Source: an archaeon (lineage in GTDB: Archaea > Nanobdellota > Nanobdellia > Pacearchaeales > JAPDKA01). Taken from it: DNA of 64,000 nt. The translations under genes and the position numbers were made by a program. Position 1 is the first letter of the stretch. Each line of letters starts with the position of its first letter. Location: positions 2,065 to 66,064 of the forward strand of contig JAPDKA010000003.1 of NCBI GenBank assembly GCA_029258825.1. Direction: 5' to 3'. Shown here piece after piece: positions 1 through 8,572 of this stretch. The notes beneath the pieces were generated by a model, which worked only from the letters and a program-made list of their open reading frames with translations, was not told the DNA's origin and did not search any database.

Positions 1-415
1 AATTTACTACTTCTCTCGGTTTAAATGCTGGAAATGGATTTTCAATCTTAATTGTGTCCAGACCATATTTCAGATATAAATTTTTAATCAGTTCAGGAAA
101 CCATTTATTGAACTCGTGTATGTTGACTCCACGTTTTTCAAATTCATCAATTATGTCTAGAACAATATTATGAAGAATGTTGCTAAGCTGATTGTTCTTA
201 TTAAATTTGTGTGAATTTGTAGTTTGTTTTTTTTCAGATCTTTCATACTTATTAGCACTTATTACATAGAGATTAGATGGGTCATTTTTATCGATCACTG
301 TATATACAACATCAGGAACCACCTCTCTAAAATAATCGTTAGATAAATTGGGACTTCGTATATTTGTGCTTGACATCAACGCCAATACAAGCTGTACTAA
401 TGTTGCGAATCCCAT
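1..415 (-). CDS. hypothetical protein, partial (runs off the window start), hydrophobic N-terminus
   Basis: Manually read open frame from ATG at 415 (MGFATLVQLVLALMSSTNIRSPN...) with no stop to base 1; not in the ORF track. Confidence 0.6.
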   Translation of the reverse strand, partial: MGFATLVQLVLALMSSTNIRSPNLSNDYFREVVPDVVYTVIDKNDPSNLYVISANKYERSEKKQTTNSHKFNKNNQLSNILHNIVLDIIDEFEKRGVNIHEFNKWFPELIKNLYLKYGLDTIKIENPFPAFKPREVVN

Positions 416-439
416 GATATAATAAAGATGGACTGCTAT

Positions 440-1324
440 TTAAACCTTTCGGTTTTTACCATTTGTTAGTGAGTGCAAATTTTGCATAATTACACAGGCT
501 TGACAGTTTGGTTTGGCTTTGCAATATGTTTTAGCAAATTCTACAAGCAACGCATGATAGCACTTATAAAGCTTAACGCTACGTGGCAAAGCGTTAACAA
601 ACAAGGATTGCCATTCGCCATAGCTAAACCTGCTTGCTTGCATTGCAAGATGTGTAAAAATATTTGCGATTTTTGATTTTGCTAACGGCTTGATATCTCT
701 CTTGTTATTGTTATCTTTAACAATAGCAAAATACAAGTTTGGTTTAGCAGCAATCCGTTTAAACAGTCTTAACATTATACGTTTTGTATAAGCGTCAATT
801 ACAAATGCTGGCTTGTTAAAAGCATAAAGCAGTATGCTGTCTGCTGTTTCATTGCCTATGCCCTTAATGCTAAGCAATAGCTCCCTAGCTTTTTCAACAG
901 GCATTGCCTGTAGTTTTTTGCTATAGCGCAGCCAAAAACTGGCAAATGTCTTAATGCGGGCCGCTTTTTGCTTGTAAAAGCCAACAGGCTTTATTGCATT
1001 TTGCAACTCCGACAATCTTGCTTTTGCCATTATTTTAGGCAGTAACAATTTTGTTTGCTTTAACCTTGCTATAGCCTTCTCAACATTGCTCCAAGATGTA
1101 TTTTGCGTTAATATAGCACCGATAGCTATTTCAAAGCTAGGGCTAGCGTTAGCATCTATACTGCTATGCTGTTTATGCCAATGCTCATCATATGGCCACC
1201 AATACAGCAAATGTTGTTCTTTATAACCAAGAGCAGATTTAAGATATCCATATAATGCCCTAATAAGGCTTTTGATTAAGTGATGTTTTGTATGCACATT
1301 GGTATCATTGATACTAGCAGGCAT
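440..1324 (-). CDS. Endonuclease III-related HhH-GPD DNA glycosylase (COG2231-like)
   Basis: FEIAIGAILTQNTSWSNV, HhH LLSIKGIGNETADSILLY, VIDAYTKR, C-terminal CKAKPNCQAC. Confidence 0.85.
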   Translation of the reverse strand: MPASINDTNVHTKHHLIKSLIRALYGYLKSALGYKEQHLLYWWPYDEHWHKQHSSIDANASPSFEIAIGAILTQNTSWSNVEKAIARLKQTKLLLPKIMAKARLSELQNAIKPVGFYKQKAARIKTFASFWLRYSKKLQAMPVEKARELLLSIKGIGNETADSILLYAFNKPAFVIDAYTKRIMLRLFKRIAAKPNLYFAIVKDNNNKRDIKPLAKSKIANIFTHLAMQASRFSYGEWQSLFVNALPRSVKLYKCYHALLVEFAKTYCKAKPNCQACVIMQNLHSLTNGKNRKV

Positions 1325-1470
1325 TTTTTGTAATTAAAAATAAATTTCTAATTTTTCTTCAAAATCTAGCAATATAGCATTGATTTTTATTAAATTAGAT
1401 TATTATAAATATTTTTAGATTGAGCAAACTTAGCATCGAAAAATAACCAACATAAAGTTAGAAGATAAAA

Positions 1471-1520
1471 AGCAAATAAAAGGCAAGCAAGTTAAATTCA
1501 TGCCGCTTTGGAAATGGTTA
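1471..1520 (+). repeat. 50-bp direct repeat, copy 1 (copy 2 at 2818-2867, the 3' end of the ATPase gene)
   Basis: agcaaataaaaggcaagcaagttaaattcatgccgctttggaaatggtta is identical at both positions. Confidence 0.95.
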
Positions 1521-1521
1521 A

Positions 1522-1569
1522 AATGTTACAGTATACCGAAACATTTAAATATAAGAATGTTATAGTATA
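1522..1569 (+). promoter_or_regulatory. BRE-TATA (ccgaaacatttaaata, 1536-1551) flanked by direct repeats aatgttaYagtata (1522-1535, 1556-1569)
   Basis: Archaeal promoter consensus about 25 bp before ATG 1575; 14-bp repeats with 1 mismatch, 34 bp apart. Confidence 0.7.
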
Positions 1570-1574
1570 GAGTA

Positions 1575-2882
1575 ATGATAGAAAAAGTAGCCCCTATCAA
1601 TTTTTGGCATAAGGACCAAGATATAGGAATAAAAAGGAAAGAACTTAGCGAAGTGATGCCTTTACTAGATATAAGGGAAACTGTGTTTGTATTAACAGGA
1701 GTAAGAAGATGTGGAAAATCCTATTTGGTAAAGCAAATTCTTGCAGAAAAGATTAGCAATGGTTTAAGAAAAGAGCAAACACTTTATATTAATTTTGAAG
1801 ATGAAGACATAGAACCGTTTATCGCAAGGGGGATTATAAACAAAATATACTCTTCTTATAGGTCACAAATAAATCCTAAGGATTACTCAATTATTGTTCT
1901 GGATGAAGTACACAAAGTTCCGGAGTGGGAAAGATGGGTAAGAACAATGATAGATAGAAAAGAAAATGTAAAAATTATAGTTACAGGGTCTGGTTCAAGT
2001 CTTGGCGAAAAAACACCAAGCTTATTGACTGGTAGGAAAATATCATACAAGCTATTTCCCCTTTCCTTTCAAAGTTTCCTTATCTTTAAAGGAATAAAAA
2101 TTAAAAAATATGAAAAGTATCTGAGTTATTTAGAAGAATATCTCAAATATGGAGGATTTCCTTTAGCTGTATTAACTGAATTACCCATACAAAAATACAC
2201 CTGGCTTCAACAAACATACACAGACATTTTAACAAAGGATATTCTTATAAAATTTAAACTTAGAGAGGAACTAATACTTAAAAGAGTAGCCTATTTAACT
2301 CTTAATTCCTTTGCAAAATTTGTAAGCATAAGGAGGGTTGTCAACAGCATAAAAAGCATAATGAAGTTAAAAATTTCTCCTTCCACTGTAAGTTATTACT
2401 TTGATTATTTTACTTTATCAAACTTATTTTACTTTATACCTATTTTCTCATATAACATAAAAGATCAGGAGCAATACCCAAAAAAAGTCTATTGTGTGGA
2501 TACAGGAATAATAAATTCGGTATTAAAAAGCTTTTCAGAGAATTTAGGAAGGTTAATGGAAAATTTAGTAGCTATACAACTATTAAGAAAAAATTCTTTG
2601 AATGAAAACTTTTGGTTGGCATATTGGAAAGACACGCAAGGCAGGGAAGTAGATTTTATCATTAAACAAGGCACAAAAGTTAAACAACTTATACAAGTAA
2701 CTTATGCTTCAGGCAAAGACGAAATTGATAAACGTGAAATTAGAGCATTGTTAAAAGCAAGCGAATTGCTAAAATGCAGGAACTTGCTTGTTATTACTTG
2801 GGATTATGAAGCTATCGAGCAAATAAAAGGCAAGCAAGTTAAATTCATGCCGCTTTGGAAATGGTTATTGAAAAAATCCTAG
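1575..2882 (+). CDS. COG1373 AAA+ ATPase (AAA_14 + DUF4143, C-terminal PD-(D/E)xK-like domain)
   Basis: Walker A GVRRCGKS, Walker B IIVLDEVH, VTGSGS, LTGR, PLSF, YGGFP, KKVYCVDTG, EVDFI...IQV. Confidence 0.92.
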   Translation: MIEKVAPINFWHKDQDIGIKRKELSEVMPLLDIRETVFVLTGVRRCGKSYLVKQILAEKISNGLRKEQTLYINFEDEDIEPFIARGIINKIYSSYRSQINPKDYSIIVLDEVHKVPEWERWVRTMIDRKENVKIIVTGSGSSLGEKTPSLLTGRKISYKLFPLSFQSFLIFKGIKIKKYEKYLSYLEEYLKYGGFPLAVLTELPIQKYTWLQQTYTDILTKDILIKFKLREELILKRVAYLTLNSFAKFVSIRRVVNSIKSIMKLKISPSTVSYYFDYFTLSNLFYFIPIFSYNIKDQEQYPKKVYCVDTGIINSVLKSFSENLGRLMENLVAIQLLRKNSLNENFWLAYWKDTQGREVDFIIKQGTKVKQLIQVTYASGKDEIDKREIRALLKASELLKCRNLLVITWDYEAIEQIKGKQVKFMPLWKWLLKKS

Positions 2883-3170
2883 TTTGCCGTCGATAAAAGA
2901 ATGTAATAAAAAATATATAATTTTGTTACTAGATATAAGCATTTAGATAACAAAAAAATATGTTTTAAAAATATTAGGTTTTTTACAACACATGTGGGCA
3001 ATTAACCTATATAATAGCAGTATATAGGTTGGGCCTTATTAGAGTTGTTACATCAAAATCCAAGAAGGATAAATATACCATATAAAAGTGACACCACAAT
3101 ATTTATAAAGGGTAAGCCTAAAATGGCAAAAATAGGCTAACTAAAGCATAAATACAGCAAAAACAAACAG

Positions 3171-3450
3171 AAAGCTTTAAAAAGTGTCAATAAATAGTAT
3201 TGTTCATAACATAGGCGCCTAAAACAACTGACACTGGCCAGTGCAGTGACGACTTCTATAGGGATTACAGTAAGCTTGAATAAGCAATTATGCTCAATAA
3301 GCAACTAGGCCTGCCCAGAAGGGCAAGCTGCAAAAAGCAGCATAGGCCTAGTTGCCGGCTACCAGTTCCAGCAAAATACAGCAGCGTGCTGGAACTGGGA
3401 AGCCAACTAGAAATAAAATAAAAAAACAAAAATAAAAAGGAGGTTTCAAA
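3171..3450 (+). promoter_or_regulatory. S-layer gene promoter and long structured 5' leader with Shine-Dalgarno AGGAGGT
   Basis: TATA-like aaagctttaaaaag at 3171-3184; 12-bp stems 3301-3312/3344-3355 and 3362-3373/3387-3398; aggaggt just before ATG 3451. Confidence 0.6.
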
Positions 3451-5874
3451 ATGAAACTGAACTTGAAAAAAGCATTTCCAGTTTTAGCTACTGGTTTAAT
3501 GTTAGGAGTAACTGCTTTTGGTGCTATGGCTTATGACTTAGGCAGCTGGCCTGCCCCATTCGTTGAAGGTGGCGTGGCCGATGTAACAGTAGTATATGGT
3601 GCAGATGCAATGGCAATTGACGCAGCTGCTGCAGCAGACATTGTTGGTGATTTGCAAGCTGCATTAGGCGGTGTGACAACAGAAACTGGAGAAACGGTAA
3701 CGGGGGAGGCTGTAAAAATAGAAGCAAGTAACAATAAGTTAAACCTTAATGAAACATTCGCTAGTATTGAGGGTGCTGGATTTGACGATGATGAATTGCC
3801 AACAGTATTAGCCGACGGGACATATAGAGCAGATGACGGAGAAGATTTCCCATACATCCAAAAGATAGAATTCGGCTCTAGCTATCCTTTAGCAACATTC
3901 AGAAAGGATACAGATTATACAGATCCAGACAAACCATACCTAATGATATATGGTGACGACTATACAGAATTCCTAAACTATACATTAGACTTTACTAAAG
4001 CTGCAGCAAGTACAAATACCAGTGGTACCTTAGACGACTTTGAAGATACACAAATAGAAATACTAGGTAACACTTACGATATAGTAAATGCAGAAGTCAG
4101 TGGAACCAAGATAACATTAGATTTAATGACCGGTCCTGTAAAAGCGACATTACAAGAGGATGAAGAAGCAACATTTACAGTTAATGGCGAAACCTACACA
4201 GTAAAACTAGTAATGATAGACAGTAATGGAAGAGCGAAATTTATAGTAAACGGTGAAGAAACAGACCCAATTAGTGAAGGTGGTACATACAAATTCAAGA
4301 ACTTTGATATGGAGATGGGTGTAACAGAAGTGTTAAGACAAGATTGGAGCGGTGGTAAAAGACAAGCAACATTCTATCTGGGCTCACAAAAATTAAGAAT
4401 TGAAGATAGTGATTACACTAGCTATGGATTAACAACAAATGTAGAATTAAATGACGAAGATGTAGAGGACTTGTACGCAAATGTATTTACTACATGGGAC
4501 GGAACAGACTTAAAGATAGATAAAATAGTGTTTACATGGTACCCTCAAAATGAGATATTTATAACAGAAGACGAACCTGCAGTATTCCCTGGACTAGGTT
4601 CATTTAAGATTACATTTGAAGGTTTGAAAAAAGCAAAAGAAGAAAAAATTGAAATTAAAGACGCTTCCAGTAGTGCACTAGAGTTAGTAGTGCCTCTAGA
4701 GACAGGTACAGTAACAATACCTTTCTTGTATGGTAATGGTACAACATGGACAGGAATTGGAAAAGATGCTACCCATAAATTAGTAACATCTGGTAGCTCG
4801 ACAGTAATCTATGAGTATGATGATAGTGATGGTTCTGCCGACCAATATTTAATAGTAACAGATACTACAAATTATGAATCGTACTTAGTCTCATTAAGAG
4901 TGTATACAGAGGATGGAACAAACTATACAAAGATAAAAGATGAAGCAACTGGTCAATGGGTCTGCGAAAACTTGAAAGCAGGAGATACTTGTGCTATCGG
5001 CAGCGCTGTAGTAACAATCAACAGTGTAAATGTAGCAGGAAAAACTGTAAACTTAACACTACCAGCAGCACCAAACAAGATATACACAGAAGAAGGACTA
5101 GTAATATACTTGCCATACGATAGTGCAACTGCTGGATGGCCTGCTATTAACTTAACAGCAAAACCAAGCACATATACTTTAAAGATGGTGGAAGAAAGCA
5201 TAGACACTGAAACCAGTGAAGGTGGAGCAGTATTAAACTTCACACTTGGATGGACAAGCGATGCTAAGGCAACTGTATCAGCTGTACCAGATAGCGAAGC
5301 AGATAACGTAATTGGTTATTCAGAAATTGATGATACAGATGACTACGCAGCTTACAGTAAGTTTGGTACATACATTCTTTATAAAACTGGTGGAAGTCAA
5401 GATACAGTAGAAATAACATATCCTGGAGAAGCCGCAGAAATGGTCGCTTATGTAGCAGAGGAAACAGCAAGTATTGTAGTAACAACAGAACCAACGACAA
5501 CAGGTGCAGAACTAGGCAGTGTAACATTCGCAGACACAGAATTAACAGATGAACTTAAAGCAAAGAACTTGATTGTGATTGGTGGTAGTGCTGTAAACAG
5601 AATAGCTGCTGAATTGCTAGACTTGCCATATCCAACATATGGTACAGATGAAGTATGGGTCAATGCAACAGGTGTTGACGGTCCAGGTAAAGCAATAGTG
5701 AAATTGATGGCAAACCCATACACAGAAGACAAATACGCATTGTTAATTGCTGGTTGGGAAGGCACAGACACACAAAGAGCAGCTAAAGCATTGATTGAAG
5801 GTATAGAAGGCCTAGCAGGTAAAGACACTGTATTGCTTGACACAAGCACTGAAAATACTGTAGTTATAGAATAA
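3451..5874 (+). CDS. S-layer protein
   Basis: Signal peptide; N-terminal VVYGADAMAIDAAAAADI and C-terminal KNLIVIGGSAVN...LLIAGWEGTDT motifs of archaeal S_layer_N/S_layer_C proteins; acidic, Thr-rich, several N-x-T/S sequons; strong SD. Confidence 0.88.
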   Translation: MKLNLKKAFPVLATGLMLGVTAFGAMAYDLGSWPAPFVEGGVADVTVVYGADAMAIDAAAAADIVGDLQAALGGVTTETGETVTGEAVKIEASNNKLNLNETFASIEGAGFDDDELPTVLADGTYRADDGEDFPYIQKIEFGSSYPLATFRKDTDYTDPDKPYLMIYGDDYTEFLNYTLDFTKAAASTNTSGTLDDFEDTQIEILGNTYDIVNAEVSGTKITLDLMTGPVKATLQEDEEATFTVNGETYTVKLVMIDSNGRAKFIVNGEETDPISEGGTYKFKNFDMEMGVTEVLRQDWSGGKRQATFYLGSQKLRIEDSDYTSYGLTTNVELNDEDVEDLYANVFTTWDGTDLKIDKIVFTWYPQNEIFITEDEPAVFPGLGSFKITFEGLKKAKEEKIEIKDASSSALELVVPLETGTVTIPFLYGNGTTWTGIGKDATHKLVTSGSSTVIYEYDDSDGSADQYLIVTDTTNYESYLVSLRVYTEDGTNYTKIKDEATGQWVCENLKAGDTCAIGSAVVTINSVNVAGKTVNLTLPAAPNKIYTEEGLVIYLPYDSATAGWPAINLTAKPSTYTLKMVEESIDTETSEGGAVLNFTLGWTSDAKATVSAVPDSEADNVIGYSEIDDTDDYAAYSKFGTYILYKTGGSQDTVEITYPGEAAEMVAYVAEETASIVVTTEPTTTGAELGSVTFADTELTDELKAKNLIVIGGSAVNRIAAELLDLPYPTYGTDEVWVNATGVDGPGKAIVKLMANPYTEDKYALLIAGWEGTDTQRAAKALIEGIEGLAGKDTVLLDTSTENTVVIE

Positions 5875-5879
5875 ACCAA

Positions 5880-5914
5880 TTTTTCTTTCTTTTTTTCTTT
5901 TTGATTTTTGTTTT
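5880..5914 (+). terminator. oligo-T archaeal terminator after the S-layer gene
   Basis: Consecutive T-tracts immediately after the stop codon. Confidence 0.6.
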
Positions 5915-5944
5915 GAGCTAGGTTAAGATTAGGTAGTATAAAAA

Positions 5945-5995
5945 TAAGGATTTTAATTCCGAAACATTTATAAATAGATAGGAATTAAATTCCTT
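5945..5995 (+). promoter_or_regulatory. BRE-TATA (ccgaaacatttataaata, 5959-5976) flanked by palindromic sites ggattttaattcc (5948-5960) and ggaattaaattcc (5981-5993)
   Basis: Sites 33 bp apart; together they form an extended inverted repeat around the TATA box. Confidence 0.7.
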
Positions 5996-7138
5996 ATGGA
6001 AATATTAGAAAAAACGAACCCTCACTGGTTTGATGAAGAAGATGAAGATTTAATTAAATGGAAAAATAAAACTATCCATATAATCCCAAAATGGATTTAT
6101 GAACTTTCTCTCCAGCCTTTCAGTCTTAATTTTGTTCTTGGCCCTAGAAGGGTTGGCAAAACAACAGGTATAAAGTTGTTAATTCAAGAATTAATTAAAA
6201 GAAAAGTAAAAAGAAAGGAAATAGTTTATGTTAATTGCGACCTCATATCAGAACTCTCTTTCTTTCAACGTATATTAAATTATATCTCTGAAAATAATTT
6301 TAAATTTATTTTCATAGATGAAGCTACGAGCTTAAAAGAGTGGTGGAAGCCCCTTAAAGGATTTATAGACGCTGGCTTGTTCAAAGACAAGGTGATAGTA
6401 GTTACAGGATCGATTACGCTTAAAGTAAAAAAACATGCAGAATTTTTTCCTGGAAGAAAAGGCAAGGGAAAAACAATAGAGGTTTTACCGCTTTCTTTTT
6501 CACAATATGTTAAATTGTTTAATGCTAAAAAGCTTTCTGAAATAAGGAGATTATTTAAAAAATATTTAATAACAGGTGGTTTTCTTGGAGCTTTAGACAA
6601 TGAAAGTGCATTTATGAAAGAATTAATTGATGCAATTAAAAGTGAAATCTTAAAGGTTGGATTAAGAGAAAAACTTGTATTTCAAATTATGAGTTCCTTA
6701 CTAAGAAAAATACCTTCTGCTTTATCCTATCAAAGTATTGCAAGCGAAATTGGAATCGATTATAAGACAGTTGCCCACTATCTTGAAACGCTTGAGGAAA
6801 TGTACTTGCTGGGAATTGCTTATTGGAAAGAAAAACAGGTAAAATGGAGAAAAGAAAAGAAAATATTTTTTAGAGACGCTTTTTTATTTAATACTTTCAA
6901 ATTTTGGGTATCTACAAAGCCTTTAGAAAGTGCTTTATATGAGCATATAGTTCAAGAACATTTGTTCAGAAAATTTGGCGAAATCTATTATTATCGTAAC
7001 AAGTATGAGATTGACTGTATAGCAGGTAACATGAAAGTTGAAGTTAAAGCAGGCAAGCCTTATCGAAAGTATCCGCGTGGTGTTAAGGTTGTTGATGAGG
7101 ACAATATAGCTGAATTTTTGTTAGAGTTAGAAAAATAA
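5996..7138 (+). CDS. COG1373 AAA+ ATPase (AAA_14/DUF4143)
   Basis: GPRRVGKT, FIFIDEAT, VTGS, FPGR, PLSF, TGGF, wHTH-like SYQSIASEIGIDYKTVAHYL, EIDC...VEVK. Confidence 0.9.
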   Translation: MEILEKTNPHWFDEEDEDLIKWKNKTIHIIPKWIYELSLQPFSLNFVLGPRRVGKTTGIKLLIQELIKRKVKRKEIVYVNCDLISELSFFQRILNYISENNFKFIFIDEATSLKEWWKPLKGFIDAGLFKDKVIVVTGSITLKVKKHAEFFPGRKGKGKTIEVLPLSFSQYVKLFNAKKLSEIRRLFKKYLITGGFLGALDNESAFMKELIDAIKSEILKVGLREKLVFQIMSSLLRKIPSALSYQSIASEIGIDYKTVAHYLETLEEMYLLGIAYWKEKQVKWRKEKKIFFRDAFLFNTFKFWVSTKPLESALYEHIVQEHLFRKFGEIYYYRNKYEIDCIAGNMKVEVKAGKPYRKYPRGVKVVDEDNIAEFLLELEK

Positions 7139-7200
7139 AAGATATAAGAATAGTTATAGAATGGTTTTGGAGAAAAGAGTTGGAGAAGTTTGTTTAATTT

Positions 7201-7250
7201 TTATGAATATTTCCTAAAAATAGTAAACTTTTTAAATAGTTTTTCCTAAA
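7201..7250 (+). promoter_or_regulatory. TATA box (7223-7238) flanked by tttcctaaa repeats (7210-7218, 7242-7250)
   Basis: Upstream site ttatgaa-tat-ttcctaa is an imperfect palindrome; repeats are 32 bp apart. Confidence 0.5.
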
Positions 7251-7258
7251 TTTATTAT

Positions 7259-8526
7259 ATGTTTGATGAAGCATTTGTGATAGAATATTTCGAAAAATTA
7301 TTCGAGAAATTAAAAAAAGAAAAAATAAGGCAAAGAGAACTAAAAATTTCTTTTATAAAAGGAAAAGCCACCGCAATTATTGGCCCTAGGAGGTCAGGAA
7401 AAACTTACTTTGTTCTTAAATTTTTAAAAGAGAATGAATTTATTTTGATTTAGAACATGCAGCATTTAAGGATTCAACTTATAAAGAATTTTTTGAAATC
7501 ATCTCCATTTATGAAGAAAGATTTAAGATTAAAGTAAAAAATGTCCTGCTTGATGAAATTCAAAAGATCGAAAGTTGGGAATCCCTAGTAAGGAGCTTAA
7601 TAGATAGTGGTTACCACGTAATTGTCACTGGTTCAAGTTCAAAATTAGTAAGTAAGGAGATTGCTACACAGCTTAGGGGAAGAAGCTTAAGCTATTTTCT
7701 TTTTCCTCTAAGTTTTAGAGAATATCTAGAATTTCAAAATTTTAAACTCAAAAAACCAATTTCTTTATCAGAAAAAGTCAAAATAATTAATTTTCTGAAA
7801 AAATACTTAGAGTGGGGGGCTTATCCAGAGGTATTGCTTGAATGGAGTAAGAAAGAGAAAATTTTGAGAGAATATTTCGAAACAATCTTGCAAAAAGATT
7901 TTATAGAGAGATTCGAAGTAGTTAATGTAGAAATAGCAAGACTAATTTTTGAATTTGTGTTTCAGAATTTTTCTAAAGAAATAAGCATTAATAAAATTGC
8001 AAATTTTGTTTCTTCCAAGCTTAGGAAGGATGTAAAAAATATTGTTTATAAATATGTTGAAAAACTCCTAGATAGTTTCTCAGTATTCTTCATAGAAAAG
8101 TTTGAAAGTATCTATAAGAGAAAAAGTTTTATGAAAAAGATTTATATTTGTGATATTGGTCTTTCAAACATAATCGGTTTTGAGAAAGATATAGGCAAGA
8201 GAATGGAAAACACAATATTCCTAGAGTTAGTAAGGAAAACTAATGAAAAACCACTTATGGAAATTTTCTACTGGAAAGATTACCAGCAAAGAGAAGTAGA
8301 TTTTGTTGTTAAACAAGGCACAAAAGTTAAACAACTTATACAAGTAACTTATGCTTCTGAAAAGGATGAAATTGATAAGCGTGAAATTAGAGCATTGTTA
8401 AAAGCATCAGAGCTGTTAAGGTGCAAAAACTTACTTGTTATTACTTGGGATTACGAGAGTGAAGAAATTGTTAATGGTAAGAAAATTAAGTTTATGCCTT
8501 TATGGAAATGGTTGTTGAAAATTTAA
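7259..8526 (+). pseudogene. COG1373 AAA+ ATPase, frameshifted near 7438-7450
   Basis: Walker A GPRRSGKT in ORF 7259-7453; another frame from 7441 reads YFDLEHAAF...VLLDEIQK...VTGSSSKL...LRGRS...PLSFREYL and runs into ORF 7834-8526. Confidence 0.85.
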
Positions 8527-8572
8527 AGAGGATAAAGTATTTTTTGAAATACGTACTAAAAAATTGTATTTA

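Noticed and set aside
3200-3410. Structured region as SRP RNA or RNase P RNA
   Set aside because: Could not find the SRP helix 8 motif or the RNase P P4 consensus; treated as a leader or unknown RNA
3524-5879. Antisense ORFs over the S-layer gene, and similar shadow ORFs over alaS, rrp42, lig and r-protein genes
   Set aside because: They are reverse-strand shadows of well-supported genes with no motifs of their own
7142-7218. atataagaat(a)gttatag resembling 1549-1565, followed by an 18-codon ORF
   Set aside because: Too short and AT-rich to distinguish from chance
7421-7437. Programmed -1 frameshift at tttttaaaa in the broken ATPase
   Set aside because: The -1 frame hits TGA at 7435-7437 right after the run
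2644-8520. Shared ATPase 3' regions as DGR template/variable repeats
   Set aside because: Differences are not confined to adenines, both copies are coding, and no RT is present in the window
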